Assembly (NCBI GenBank): GCA_016208615.1
Contig: JACQXS010000036.1
Coordinates: forward strand, 1-53,546
Direction of reading: 5' to 3'
Source: Candidatus Stahliibacteriota bacterium
Lineage (GTDB): Bacteria > Hydrothermota > UBA3073 > JACQXS01
Length of the DNA: 53,546 bases
The notes under the pieces are model-generated. The model was not told the DNA's origin, did not search any database, and worked only from the letters and a program-made list of their open reading frames with translations. Made by a program: the position numbers and the translations under genes. Shown here in pieces: positions 17,542 through 26,211 of this stretch (positions are counted from its first letter, which is position 1; each line of letters opens with the position of its first letter).

Positions 17542-18371
17542 AAAAATATTGGTGGGTATGGGCAGTAATTATTGCCATAGTTATATTAGGAGTGGCTATC
17601 ATAGATAATATAAAGGGTAGTGACAAAACCTCTTTCTCTTTCGGTAAAAGCATAGGACTGATAGAAATAAGTGGTGTTATTGAATCTTCTGCTGAAACTA
17701 TTAAGAATATAGCCAAATGTGAAGCCACTCCTAATATAAAAGCCATTGTAGTCCATATCCAATCCCCTGGTGGCAGTGTTGTGCCTAGTCAAGAAATCTA
17801 TAGTGCTTTGCGGAAAGCTAAAAAGCCAACAGTTGCCAGTTTAAGTGATTATGCGGCTTCGGGTGGCTACTACATAGCTTGTGCGTGTGACCAGATAGTA
17901 AGTAATCCGGGGACATTAACCGGTTCTATAGGTGTGATTCTGAGTTTACCTAATGTGACTGAGCTTATTAAAAAGGTGGGCTTAAAATTTAATGTCATTA
18001 AATCCCGGCCTTATAAAGATATCGGCTCACCTTATCGTGATTTGATGCCTGATGAGTATGATTTATTAAAAGTAGTCGTGGATGATGTGTATGACCAATT
18101 TGTAGGTGCTGTTGTTGAAGGTAGGGGCTTGGATAAGGAAAAGGTATTAGAAATCGCAGATGGCAGGATATTATCAGGTAGGCAGGCATTTGAGCTTGGA
18201 CTTGTAGATACACTTGGCACATTAGAGGATGCCAAATTATTTGCCGCTTCACTTGCCGGCATAAAGGGTGAGCCCAAAGTAGTAGAATTTAAGAAACTCC
18301 AGCCGCGATGGGTTAAAATGATTACAGAAGGTATAGCAAACAAAATGCGGATTAGATTGGAATATAGGTAA
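17538..18371 (+). CDS. sppA: signal peptide peptidase SppA, 36K type
   Basis: TM anchor, IQSPGGSV and YAASGGYYIA motifs. Start set to the ATG at 17538, which follows GGAGGAGGGAAGGAG and makes an ATGA overlap with the nadK stop. Confidence 0.85.
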   Translation: MKKYWWVWAVIIAIVILGVAIIDNIKGSDKTSFSFGKSIGLIEISGVIESSAETIKNIAKCEATPNIKAIVVHIQSPGGSVVPSQEIYSALRKAKKPTVASLSDYAASGGYYIACACDQIVSNPGTLTGSIGVILSLPNVTELIKKVGLKFNVIKSRPYKDIGSPYRDLMPDEYDLLKVVVDDVYDQFVGAVVEGRGLDKEKVLEIADGRILSGRQAFELGLVDTLGTLEDAKLFAASLAGIKGEPKVVEFKKLQPRWVKMITEGIANKMRIRLEYR

Positions 18372-18379
18372 TTTAACTC

Positions 18380-18588
18380 ACAAGTTCAAATGTCAAAGCT
18401 CAAAGTCCAAATAAAATCCAAATGTCAAACCTTAAATATTATTGCCACTAAATCACTAAGTTACACAAAAATGAAAGTTCAAATGCCAAATAAAAAGTCG
18501 TAAGTCATAAGAACTAAGCTTTGAGCCAGAGGCTCATCAGCCTCCGGCTGAAATCCTTACTACTTATAACTTATATCTTTTTTGGAAT
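18380..18588. repeat. intergenic word-repeat region
   Basis: gttcaaatgtcaaagctcaaagtccaaataaaatccaaatgtcaaa, gccactaaatcactaag, gtcgtaagtcataagaactaag and the hairpin agccagaggctcatcagcctccggct. The segment cttactacttata..tatct recurs at about 22848-22875. Confidence 0.7.
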
Positions 18589-18603
18589 TTGGGTTTTAAT
18601 TTT

Positions 18604-20556
18604 ATGTATATCAATGTAGCGTTGGAGGGAGGTACTTTTACATATAAGGTACCGGAAGCGTTAGTTGCCCATATAGAGTTAGGCACACGAGTTTGTGTTC
18701 CATTAAGAAATAGAAAGACGGATGGCTGGGTAGTAGAGACGAAAATACAATGTCACGAAAACACTCCCGCCCCGCTTGCTTCGGGATTTACAACTTGCTT
18801 CGGGATTTACAATAAACCACTAAATTACACAAAAATAAGAGATATAATTAGTCTCGCTTATCCCTTTCCTCTTATTTCTCACTCTCTTATAGAACTTGGC
18901 AAATGGGTATCTGCTTATTATCACTCTTCGTTAGGGACAGCACTTGACCTGATGGTTCCTAAAATAGTCAATAGTTCAAGGGTTCAAGAATTTAAGTGTT
19001 CAAGTGTTCAAGGATTTAAGTGTTCAAGTGTCAAGTTTAAATTGCCATTAGCTATTAGCGATTCGCTTAGGCAACGGAGATATAAGAGTGTATTACTTTA
19101 CGGAATGAATAGGCGTGGTATTTATTTGCAAACAATATCCGAAGCCCTAAATTATGGTCTGGGGGTTATCTTTCTTGTTCCTGAAATCAAGCTTACTCCT
19201 GAGATAATGGCACTTTTTCAAAACCGCTTTGGTACTCGTGTTGCTTTACTACATTCGGGATTAAAGAAAGAAGAGCGTTGGTCAGAATGGATGCGAATTA
19301 AAGAAGGTGCGGCTGATATTGTTATTGGGACGATGAGTGCCGTTTTTGCTCCTGTTAATAATCTTGGGGTTCTAATTGTAGATGAAGAACAGGACACAAG
19401 TTACAAGAGTGAAAAGCAGCCCCGCTACTCTACACCGGTAGTTGCGAAAAAGCGGGCAGAGATAGAGCAATGTTTATATATTGCAGGCAGTCTTACGCCC
19501 AGTATAGAAGCTTTCTATGCTACCGAGAGAGGTTTAACCTCAAAGAAGAGAAGTACTCTTATTCGGTTATCTGAGTCCAAGCAAGAGAATAAGCTTTTTG
19601 TAGTTGATATGCGTAAAGAGACGGAAGCCATTTTTTCTACTCTCTTGAAGCGTAAGTTAAAAGAGCATATAGCTAACCACAGCAAGATACTTTTATTCTT
19701 AAATCGTCGTGGTTTTTCATCTTTTATTATATGTGATGATTGTGGCTATATTCCTAAGTGCCCTAATTGTGGTATTTCACTAACTTACTATCGTCAGCAG
19801 TTAGTTTTGAAATGTCATTATTGCAATTACACAGAACGGGCAATTGGCTATTGTCCACAATGCAAAGGGACTAATTTATCTTATAAAGGAATAGGCACGG
19901 CAAGGGTAGAGAAGATTTTTAAGACTATGTTTCCTAATGTTAATATATGCAGATTAGACCTTGAAGAGGTGGCATCTAAATATATTACTCATATCTTTAA
20001 TTCCTTTAAGAGCGGTGAAACGCAAGTCCTACTTGGCACACAACTAATAGCCAAGCCGGTTGATTTTCCCGAAGTTGGCTTAGTGGGCATAATTTCAGCC
20101 GATACGGGGTTAAATTTGCCTGATTTTAGGGCTTCTGAGCGTGTTTTTTCTTTACTAATGCGATTGGTGAAAAAGGGAGCAGAAGTAGTTATGCAAACCT
20201 ATAATCCTGACCATAGCGTAATTAAGCACCTAAAATCCTCTGATTATCTTGGGTTCTATAAATTTGAACAATCAGCGCGCATGGAACTTAATTATCCACC
20301 TTACTCTCACCTTGTAAAACTACTTATAGAGCATAAGGATGAAAAACAAGCTACTGAAAGGGCTAATAGAATAGCCATCCAGCTTGAACAAAGGGGTATA
20401 AACTTTCTTGGTCCTTCGCCTTGTTCTGTGGCGTGGAAGAGAGGCAAGTTCAGAATGCACTTACTTTTGAAGGTCTCTGACCCGCAACAATTAGCTGCCG
20501 CTGAATTACTCTCTGCGGGAGCTATAATAGATGTTGACCCTATCGGATTACTTTAA
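18604..20556 (+). CDS. priA: primosomal protein N' (PriA) homolog with degenerate helicase motifs
   Basis: Collinear with E. coli PriA. Conserved segments include LHSGL..ER..W, VIGT.SA.F.P and FLNRRGF, the Cys-rich region CDDCG..CPNC..CHYC..CPQC, and LLGTQ. Start moved to the ATG at 18604. Confidence 0.8.
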   Translation: MYINVALEGGTFTYKVPEALVAHIELGTRVCVPLRNRKTDGWVVETKIQCHENTPAPLASGFTTCFGIYNKPLNYTKIRDIISLAYPFPLISHSLIELGKWVSAYYHSSLGTALDLMVPKIVNSSRVQEFKCSSVQGFKCSSVKFKLPLAISDSLRQRRYKSVLLYGMNRRGIYLQTISEALNYGLGVIFLVPEIKLTPEIMALFQNRFGTRVALLHSGLKKEERWSEWMRIKEGAADIVIGTMSAVFAPVNNLGVLIVDEEQDTSYKSEKQPRYSTPVVAKKRAEIEQCLYIAGSLTPSIEAFYATERGLTSKKRSTLIRLSESKQENKLFVVDMRKETEAIFSTLLKRKLKEHIANHSKILLFLNRRGFSSFIICDDCGYIPKCPNCGISLTYYRQQLVLKCHYCNYTERAIGYCPQCKGTNLSYKGIGTARVEKIFKTMFPNVNICRLDLEEVASKYITHIFNSFKSGETQVLLGTQLIAKPVDFPEVGLVGIISADTGLNLPDFRASERVFSLLMRLVKKGAEVVMQTYNPDHSVIKHLKSSDYLGFYKFEQSARMELNYPPYSHLVKLLIEHKDEKQATERANRIAIQLEQRGINFLGPSPCSVAWKRGKFRMHLLLKVSDPQQLAAAELLSAGAIIDVDPIGLL

Positions 20557-20600
20557 GTGGTTCGGTCTCAAGCGATGCGACTTTAAGCTATTCATATGTG

Positions 20601-20879
20601 CTATATTGTTTGTAACATCTCCACTTTGGTCAGATAGGATTTTTTTCCTTCAAGGCATTCTTTAAGGAACTTCAAATCTTCTTCTGCTGTATCCCATCTT
20701 TCATTCTCATCATGAAGTCCCGCAAGAGCAGTGATAGCATCTTCAAGCAACATTTCATCAATTGTAAAAATGTGTTTATATATAATTCCAATAGCCCAAG
20801 CAGATACTGACTTTTTGGTTGTTTTTCCTGAGAGGTAGGCATCAATTTTTTTAATGACCTTGCTTTTCAGAATTTCCAT
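20601..20879 (-). CDS. hypothetical 92-aa helical protein (immunity or antitoxin-like by context only)
   Basis: ORF lying 10 nt downstream of the 87-aa ORF, preceded by aaggaggag. No family recognised. Confidence 0.5.
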   Translation of the reverse strand: MEILKSKVIKKIDAYLSGKTTKKSVSAWAIGIIYKHIFTIDEMLLEDAITALAGLHDENERWDTAEEDLKFLKECLEGKKSYLTKVEMLQTI

Positions 20880-20889
20880 TTGCTCCTCC

Positions 20890-21153
20890 TTACTCGAAAA
20901 AATTTATTGCTGGGAATTTCTTTTTATAGTTAGAGTTTCGGCTGCCTGGCTCTTCGTGTGGCCCATGTATGACTCGTCCCTTTGAATCATAGACCAGATG
21001 ATAGACAACTAATGTATGTCCCTCACTGTTCTTTACTTTCACGATTACATTTTTGTCCCGATTACTTCTGAGACTCTTATCTATTTCGGTTACCGTTTCA
21101 TCTAAATTGTCAATAATCTTTTTCGGATACCGATAGATAGTAGGATTTGACAT
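20890..21153 (-). CDS. hypothetical 87-aa protein
   Basis: First gene of the two-gene cassette. No family recognised. Confidence 0.5.
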   Translation of the reverse strand: MSNPTIYRYPKKIIDNLDETVTEIDKSLRSNRDKNVIVKVKNSEGHTLVVYHLVYDSKGRVIHGPHEEPGSRNSNYKKKFPAINFFE

Positions 21154-21216
21154 ATCGCTTTTTTTTCTATTTTAAGCGATGTGACTTTAAGAGGTGTGAC
21201 CTTAAGAGGTTTAACC

Positions 21217-21450
21217 TCAAGCTACTACTATACAAGTGACCGTAGAAGACACTCCCTCAGTATCGTGTACCTTTTCCGCTACCAGTTCACCAAGTTCTTT
21301 AAGGTCCTTAACTTTGACATTAACTATGACATCATAAATTCCTGTCACCATGTGAGCTTCGCTGATTTCCGAGAATTTTCTCAACGCTTTTAATGCTTCG
21401 CCTGCTGTACCTGGCTTTAATTTTATAAGCACATAAGCTGCTATTCCCAT
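21217..21450 (-). CDS. stand-alone Lrp/AsnC ligand-binding (RAM) domain protein
   Basis: 77 aa. AYVLIKLKPG...VTGIYDVIVNVKVKDLKELGELV pattern typical of AsnC C-terminal domains. Confidence 0.7.
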   Translation of the reverse strand: MGIAAYVLIKLKPGTAGEALKALRKFSEISEAHMVTGIYDVIVNVKVKDLKELGELVAEKVHDTEGVSSTVTCIVVA

Positions 21451-21515
21451 TTTACCTCCTATTTGTGATAGAGAATATCTACATTTTGTAGGTTGTCAAG
21501 TTTTTTAATTTTTGT

Positions 21516-21544
21516 TTGACTTTATTAAAAAGTAAGAGTATAAA
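21516..21544 (+). promoter_or_regulatory. putative sigma70-type promoter giving a leaderless mtaB mRNA
   Basis: TTGACT (21516-21521), 17-nt spacer, TATAAA (21539-21544), then 7 nt to the ATG at 21552 with no SD. Confidence 0.5.
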
Positions 21545-21551
21545 TAATAAT

Positions 21552-22817
21552 ATGGGAGTAAAGGTTATAACCTTTGGATGTAGGTTAAATCAATATGATA
21601 GCGAGTGGTTAAAAGAAGGGTTTGAGCTTGCCGGCTATAATCGGTTATCGGGGAGCGGTAATCGGTTATCGGAGGAGGTTTGTATAATTAATACTTGTGC
21701 AGTGACTGCTCATGCTTGTCGAGAAGCTCGTAATGCTATAAGAACTGAGGCGTTAAGAGTGCCTAAACCATTTATTATAGTTACGGGTTGCTATGTTAAA
21801 TTGTGGTCAAATGAGTTATCACAAATTGCAGGTATAGACCTTATGGAGTCGGATTTGCATAAAATAGTGAAAGATTTTCTTAAAGTACCTTTGCTGACCG
21901 GGATTAAGCGGTTTAATCATCGGGATAAGGCGTTTATTAAAGTTCAGGAGGGGTGTGACCAGTTTTGCAGTTATTGTGTAGTACCATACGCACGAGGTAA
22001 TCCACAGGATAGGTCCTTAAATGAGATACTAACAGAGGTAAGGAATTTAATTGAAACGGGTTATGAAGAGTTTATCTTGACTGGCACAAATCTTGGGTTA
22101 TGCCATAACTTATTGGAGGTACTTAAATCTCTGGTTGTGCTTGAAGGGGTGCGTAGAATAGGGCTGGGTTCAATAGAGCCGGTAGGGATAAGTGATGAGT
22201 TGCTTGATTTTATTTATCGCTCGGGTAAGTGTTCAAGGTATTTTCATATTCCTTTACAAAGTGGCGATAATAAGGTATTAAAATTAATGGGTCGCTGGTA
22301 TAATCGGGATGAGTATTTGGACTTAATTTGTAGAATAAAGGATAGACTTCCTGATAGTGCTATTGGGGCTGATGTAATAGTTGGTTTCCCTGGCGAAGGG
22401 GAGAATGAGTTTCTGAATACCTATAATTTAATAAAAGATGCGTCTATTTCGCGGTTGCATGTATTTAGGTATTCTGGTCGTCCTGGGACACCAGCTTTTA
22501 GTTTGACAGCTGAGCCTACTGATAGTATTAAGAAACACCGGAGTGCTTTGTTGCGTCAGTTGAGTGAAACTAAATGGGAAGCATTTAGGGCACAATTCAT
22601 AGGTAAGATTCTTGAATCTCATATTGAGGGTATGAATTTGCGTAATAGTGCTTGTCAACAGGGTAATGGGTTGGCAGTGGGCGTGACTAATAACTACATA
22701 AAAGTATTATTTAATTCTAATGATAAAATAAATAAAGGATTTGTCGATTTGCGTATTAACGCTGTAAATGGGGTATTGACTTACGGGGAAGTGGTGTGTT
22801 CAAATGAAAAGTTGTAA
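21552..22817 (+). CDS. mtaB: MiaB/MtaB-family radical SAM methylthiotransferase
   Basis: N-terminal Cys triad (FGCRLNQ, NTCAVT, VTGCY) and CDQFCSYC radical SAM motif. Start moved from the TTG at 21516 (which is the -35 box) to the ATG at 21552 (MGVKVITFGC). Confidence 0.8.
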   Translation: MGVKVITFGCRLNQYDSEWLKEGFELAGYNRLSGSGNRLSEEVCIINTCAVTAHACREARNAIRTEALRVPKPFIIVTGCYVKLWSNELSQIAGIDLMESDLHKIVKDFLKVPLLTGIKRFNHRDKAFIKVQEGCDQFCSYCVVPYARGNPQDRSLNEILTEVRNLIETGYEEFILTGTNLGLCHNLLEVLKSLVVLEGVRRIGLGSIEPVGISDELLDFIYRSGKCSRYFHIPLQSGDNKVLKLMGRWYNRDEYLDLICRIKDRLPDSAIGADVIVGFPGEGENEFLNTYNLIKDASISRLHVFRYSGRPGTPAFSLTAEPTDSIKKHRSALLRQLSETKWEAFRAQFIGKILESHIEGMNLRNSACQQGNGLAVGVTNNYIKVLFNSNDKINKGFVDLRINAVNGVLTYGEVVCSNEKL

Positions 22818-22927
22818 GTCGTAAGCGATAAGGATTAAGATTAGTTCTTACTACTTATATCTATTTTTGATTTAGAGTATGGGTAGATATTTTAGAATAG
22901 TTAAATTATTACAATAAAGGGGGTAAG

Positions 22928-24457
22928 ATGAAAGAGTATATTTTAGGTTGCTTTATTATATCTTGTGCTTCTTATTGCGAGGCACAGCAAGAGGGGACAC
23001 TTTTGTGGTCATTTGAGGCGAGTAATAGGATGGCTTGTGTGGCTTCTATTAGTGATGTTAATGGGAATGGAATAGCTGATGTATTGGCGGGTAAGTTTTT
23101 TGATACCTTGTATTGTTTTGATGGCGGAAGCAAAGATACTGCCACTATTATATGGAAATTTGCAATGGGTTGGAACGATGATTTTGTGGATGTAACACCT
23201 ATACCTGATGTCAATAATGATGGGATAGAAGATGTAGTAACAGGGTGTACTGGGGGTAATCATTCTTATTGTTTAGATGGTCAGAATGGCAATATTATTT
23301 GGTGGTTTTCTGAACCTGTGTGGACATATACATTTGTTGAGCCGATTGGTGATGTAAATGGTGATGGGATATGTGATGTGATATTAGGATTAAGAAGTCC
23401 ACATAAAATATATTGTATTGATGGTGCAAGTATAGATACTGCAAATGTATTATGGGAGTTTCCGGTTGCAGGTTGTCTCCGGAGCAAATATTCTATTTCT
23501 TCCTTAAATGATATTGATGGAGATAGTGTAAGTGACAAGCAACCGGAGAGTTGGGCCTATTGTCTGAGCGGTAGAGATGGTGATACATTATGGTTGTATG
23601 ATGTGCCAGAAGCTATTGCTCAGTGTGTCAGTCCAATAGAGGATGTCAATAATAATGGCACACAGGATGTTTTAGTAGGCACACAAGGGCTCGACGCTAA
23701 AGTCTATTGTCTGGAAGGTAATAATGGTGATATTATTTGGGAGTCCGACACCTCGGGAGATAAGATGAGAGTTATAGCTATTTCCGACATCAATGGAGAT
23801 GGCAAGCAGGAGGTAATTGCGGACGCAAGTGATTATGGTGGAAACGATTATAGCATATTATGTATAGACGGAAATACGGGTAATGTGTTGTGGAATTGTC
23901 CCACATTCTGGATTCCGAATCATCTTGATGTAATTTCAGATGTTGATGGAGATTCAATTCCTGATATAGTAGCTGGGACATGGGGTGGTTTTGTTTATTG
24001 TCTAAGTGCAAAGGCGGGTAGTGTGATTTGGCGATATCATGGGCCTGATACTTCGGTATTTGCTGATATTATGGGACTAACCGGTATAACCGATGTAAAT
24101 GGAGATGGGTTTGATGATGTAGCAGGAGTTACCTATAATAGAAAAGCATGGTGTTTATCGGGTAAGAGTTATGTTGGGGTGGAAGAGAGTGAAGAGTTGA
24201 GAGTTAAGAGTTTAGAGTTAAGAGTTTCACAAAATCCGTTTATTAAAGCCACAGAGATTAGGGGTTGGGGGTTAGGGGTTAGTGAGAAGCAAGAAGTCAA
24301 GATATACGATATTGCCGGTAAAATGGTGCAAACTATACCAATTTCTGCTCAACAATCCCAGATGCCTATAGGTCAAGATTTAGCACCGGGGGTTTATTTT
24401 GTTAGAGTAAAAGGGTACGAACCTTTGAAAATAATTAAAATAGGGAGGGTAAGATGA
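22928..24457 (+). CDS. secreted FG-GAP/VCBS-like repeat beta-propeller protein with a T9SS C-terminal sorting domain
   Basis: Signal peptide. Eight DxNxDGxxDV-type calcium-binding loops alternate with YCLDGxxGxxxW. The C-terminus is VSQNPF...VKIYDIAGKMV...GVYFVRVKG. Confidence 0.75.
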   Translation: MKEYILGCFIISCASYCEAQQEGTLLWSFEASNRMACVASISDVNGNGIADVLAGKFFDTLYCFDGGSKDTATIIWKFAMGWNDDFVDVTPIPDVNNDGIEDVVTGCTGGNHSYCLDGQNGNIIWWFSEPVWTYTFVEPIGDVNGDGICDVILGLRSPHKIYCIDGASIDTANVLWEFPVAGCLRSKYSISSLNDIDGDSVSDKQPESWAYCLSGRDGDTLWLYDVPEAIAQCVSPIEDVNNNGTQDVLVGTQGLDAKVYCLEGNNGDIIWESDTSGDKMRVIAISDINGDGKQEVIADASDYGGNDYSILCIDGNTGNVLWNCPTFWIPNHLDVISDVDGDSIPDIVAGTWGGFVYCLSAKAGSVIWRYHGPDTSVFADIMGLTGITDVNGDGFDDVAGVTYNRKAWCLSGKSYVGVEESEELRVKSLELRVSQNPFIKATEIRGWGLGVSEKQEVKIYDIAGKMVQTIPISAQQSQMPIGQDLAPGVYFVRVKGYEPLKIIKIGRVR

Positions 24458-26211
24458 AAAAATATATTTTAGCTTGTTTTGTTATGTTTTGTGCCTTTAA
24501 TTCTCATGCACAAACGGATAAGGGAAGTCCTTTTGGTATAAATGGGGCTCAATATATAGAGCAGAAATATCAGGTAGGCGGAATAGGTAAATGGGCACCA
24601 CTTGACGAAGTAAAAAGCTTAGGCACAAAGTGGGTTAGAATTTTATTCCCATGGTATGCTCTTGAACCGGATAGCGGTAAATTTAATTGGACTTATGCAG
24701 ACTCAGTAGTAAAGCAGTGTCAGGACCGTGGGTTGCATATTCTTGCTAATATTCATTATACTCCTGCATGGGCACGCCCATCTCATTCTTGGCCTGATTC
24801 TTTTAACTATCCACCCGAGATTGACGGTGCGTGGTATAATTTTATTGACTCACTTGTTGAAAGATATGATGGTGATAACTATAAGGATATGCCTGGTTTA
24901 GACTGTACTAATCCAATTAAATATTGGGGTATGTGGAATGAGCCGAATTTTCATGAATTCTTTGCCTATAATGATAATGAGGGAGCGGGAGATTATGCTA
25001 AAAGATACTTCAATATTATTCTTAAACCTGGTTGGGAAGCGGCAACGGCGGCAGACCCGACTTGTAAAATTAGTGCCCCGGAGACCTACTGGTTTAAGTG
25101 GAGAGATAACGGAACTTATCATTGGGAGAATAACTGGATAGATACGCTGATAAATAATATACTGAGTACCCCGGGGATGCTTAATGATTTGGTATTTTCT
25201 TATCACATTTATCATGGTCATAGAGACTTGGGTTCCGGCTATCCCCACACGGCAACAGAGCTTTTAAAGGATATAGATGATTCAGCGAGAACCTATATGC
25301 TAAATCGTGGGATTAGTAATAAAGAATTTTGGGTAACAGAAGTAGGTTGGACTACTTGTCAGGACCCAAGTGAGAATTATACCGAGCAGGACCAAGCGAA
25401 TTATTATATTGAAATGTGTAAAGGTATGCTTGAGCGAAGTGATTGGTTTAAGAGGATATTTTTCTTTGAATTGTGGGATGCGCCGTGGGAGAATAGATTT
25501 GACCATGGGATATTGAAGTACCCATTGGATACACTTTTTCAGGGCTGGCATAATGTTGAGTGGAATAGAGGTGAGATTTTGAACGAAAATCGTCCTGACT
25601 ATGTTCACTCCGGTAGTTGGAGTTGTAATCTAAAGAGGGATAATGTAGTTAGTGGCTGTGTTAAGGTGCAAAGTAAATGGATAGATTGTCCGGCTGGGCA
25701 ATGCAGCGCATTTGTGTTTCGTAGGACTGATGATATTCGAGTTGGCGATAACGATAATTTGCCCGGTGGTGCGGGGTGGCAGGTTTTGATGAGAAAGAAG
25801 GGTAGACCTGAAACCCAATCTACAGCAGTGAAGGGTGACTCGCTTAAAGGAACAACAATGTATCCATTTTGGCTTCGATCCGACAAAAGAGGTTTTATAG
25901 TTCCTGCCGATACATTTTCTTATGAGGTCAGTTTTGCTGTTGAACTTGGCTACTGGGCAAAAGGGGAAGCGTGGTTTGATTCGGCAGTTATATATTCTGT
26001 AAATAATCCAACTATTAATCTTTTAGAAAATTTAGAGTCTGATTCTATAGGTGAAGAAGGGTTTGAGTGCGTAAAATTAAGGGGTGCCCCGATGTATGAG
26101 ACAGAGCCGCCTGCTCCTTTGGAGCATAAGGATGCATTTGATAGTTTGCAGGAGTTTATCAAGAGTTATAATCTATGGTTTAATTCTAATACTTCTGAGT
26201 GGGGTTGGTGA
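24454..26211 (+). CDS. secreted clan GH-A (TIM-barrel) glycoside hydrolase-like protein with a C-terminal beta-sandwich region
   Basis: Signal peptide. WGMWNEPN is the acid/base NEP motif and FWVTEVGW is the nucleophile Glu motif. The GH family cannot be assigned by eye. Confidence 0.65.
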   Translation: MKKYILACFVMFCAFNSHAQTDKGSPFGINGAQYIEQKYQVGGIGKWAPLDEVKSLGTKWVRILFPWYALEPDSGKFNWTYADSVVKQCQDRGLHILANIHYTPAWARPSHSWPDSFNYPPEIDGAWYNFIDSLVERYDGDNYKDMPGLDCTNPIKYWGMWNEPNFHEFFAYNDNEGAGDYAKRYFNIILKPGWEAATAADPTCKISAPETYWFKWRDNGTYHWENNWIDTLINNILSTPGMLNDLVFSYHIYHGHRDLGSGYPHTATELLKDIDDSARTYMLNRGISNKEFWVTEVGWTTCQDPSENYTEQDQANYYIEMCKGMLERSDWFKRIFFFELWDAPWENRFDHGILKYPLDTLFQGWHNVEWNRGEILNENRPDYVHSGSWSCNLKRDNVVSGCVKVQSKWIDCPAGQCSAFVFRRTDDIRVGDNDNLPGGAGWQVLMRKKGRPETQSTAVKGDSLKGTTMYPFWLRSDKRGFIVPADTFSYEVSFAVELGYWAKGEAWFDSAVIYSVNNPTINLLENLESDSIGEEGFECVKLRGAPMYETEPPAPLEHKDAFDSLQEFIKSYNLWFNSNTSEWGW

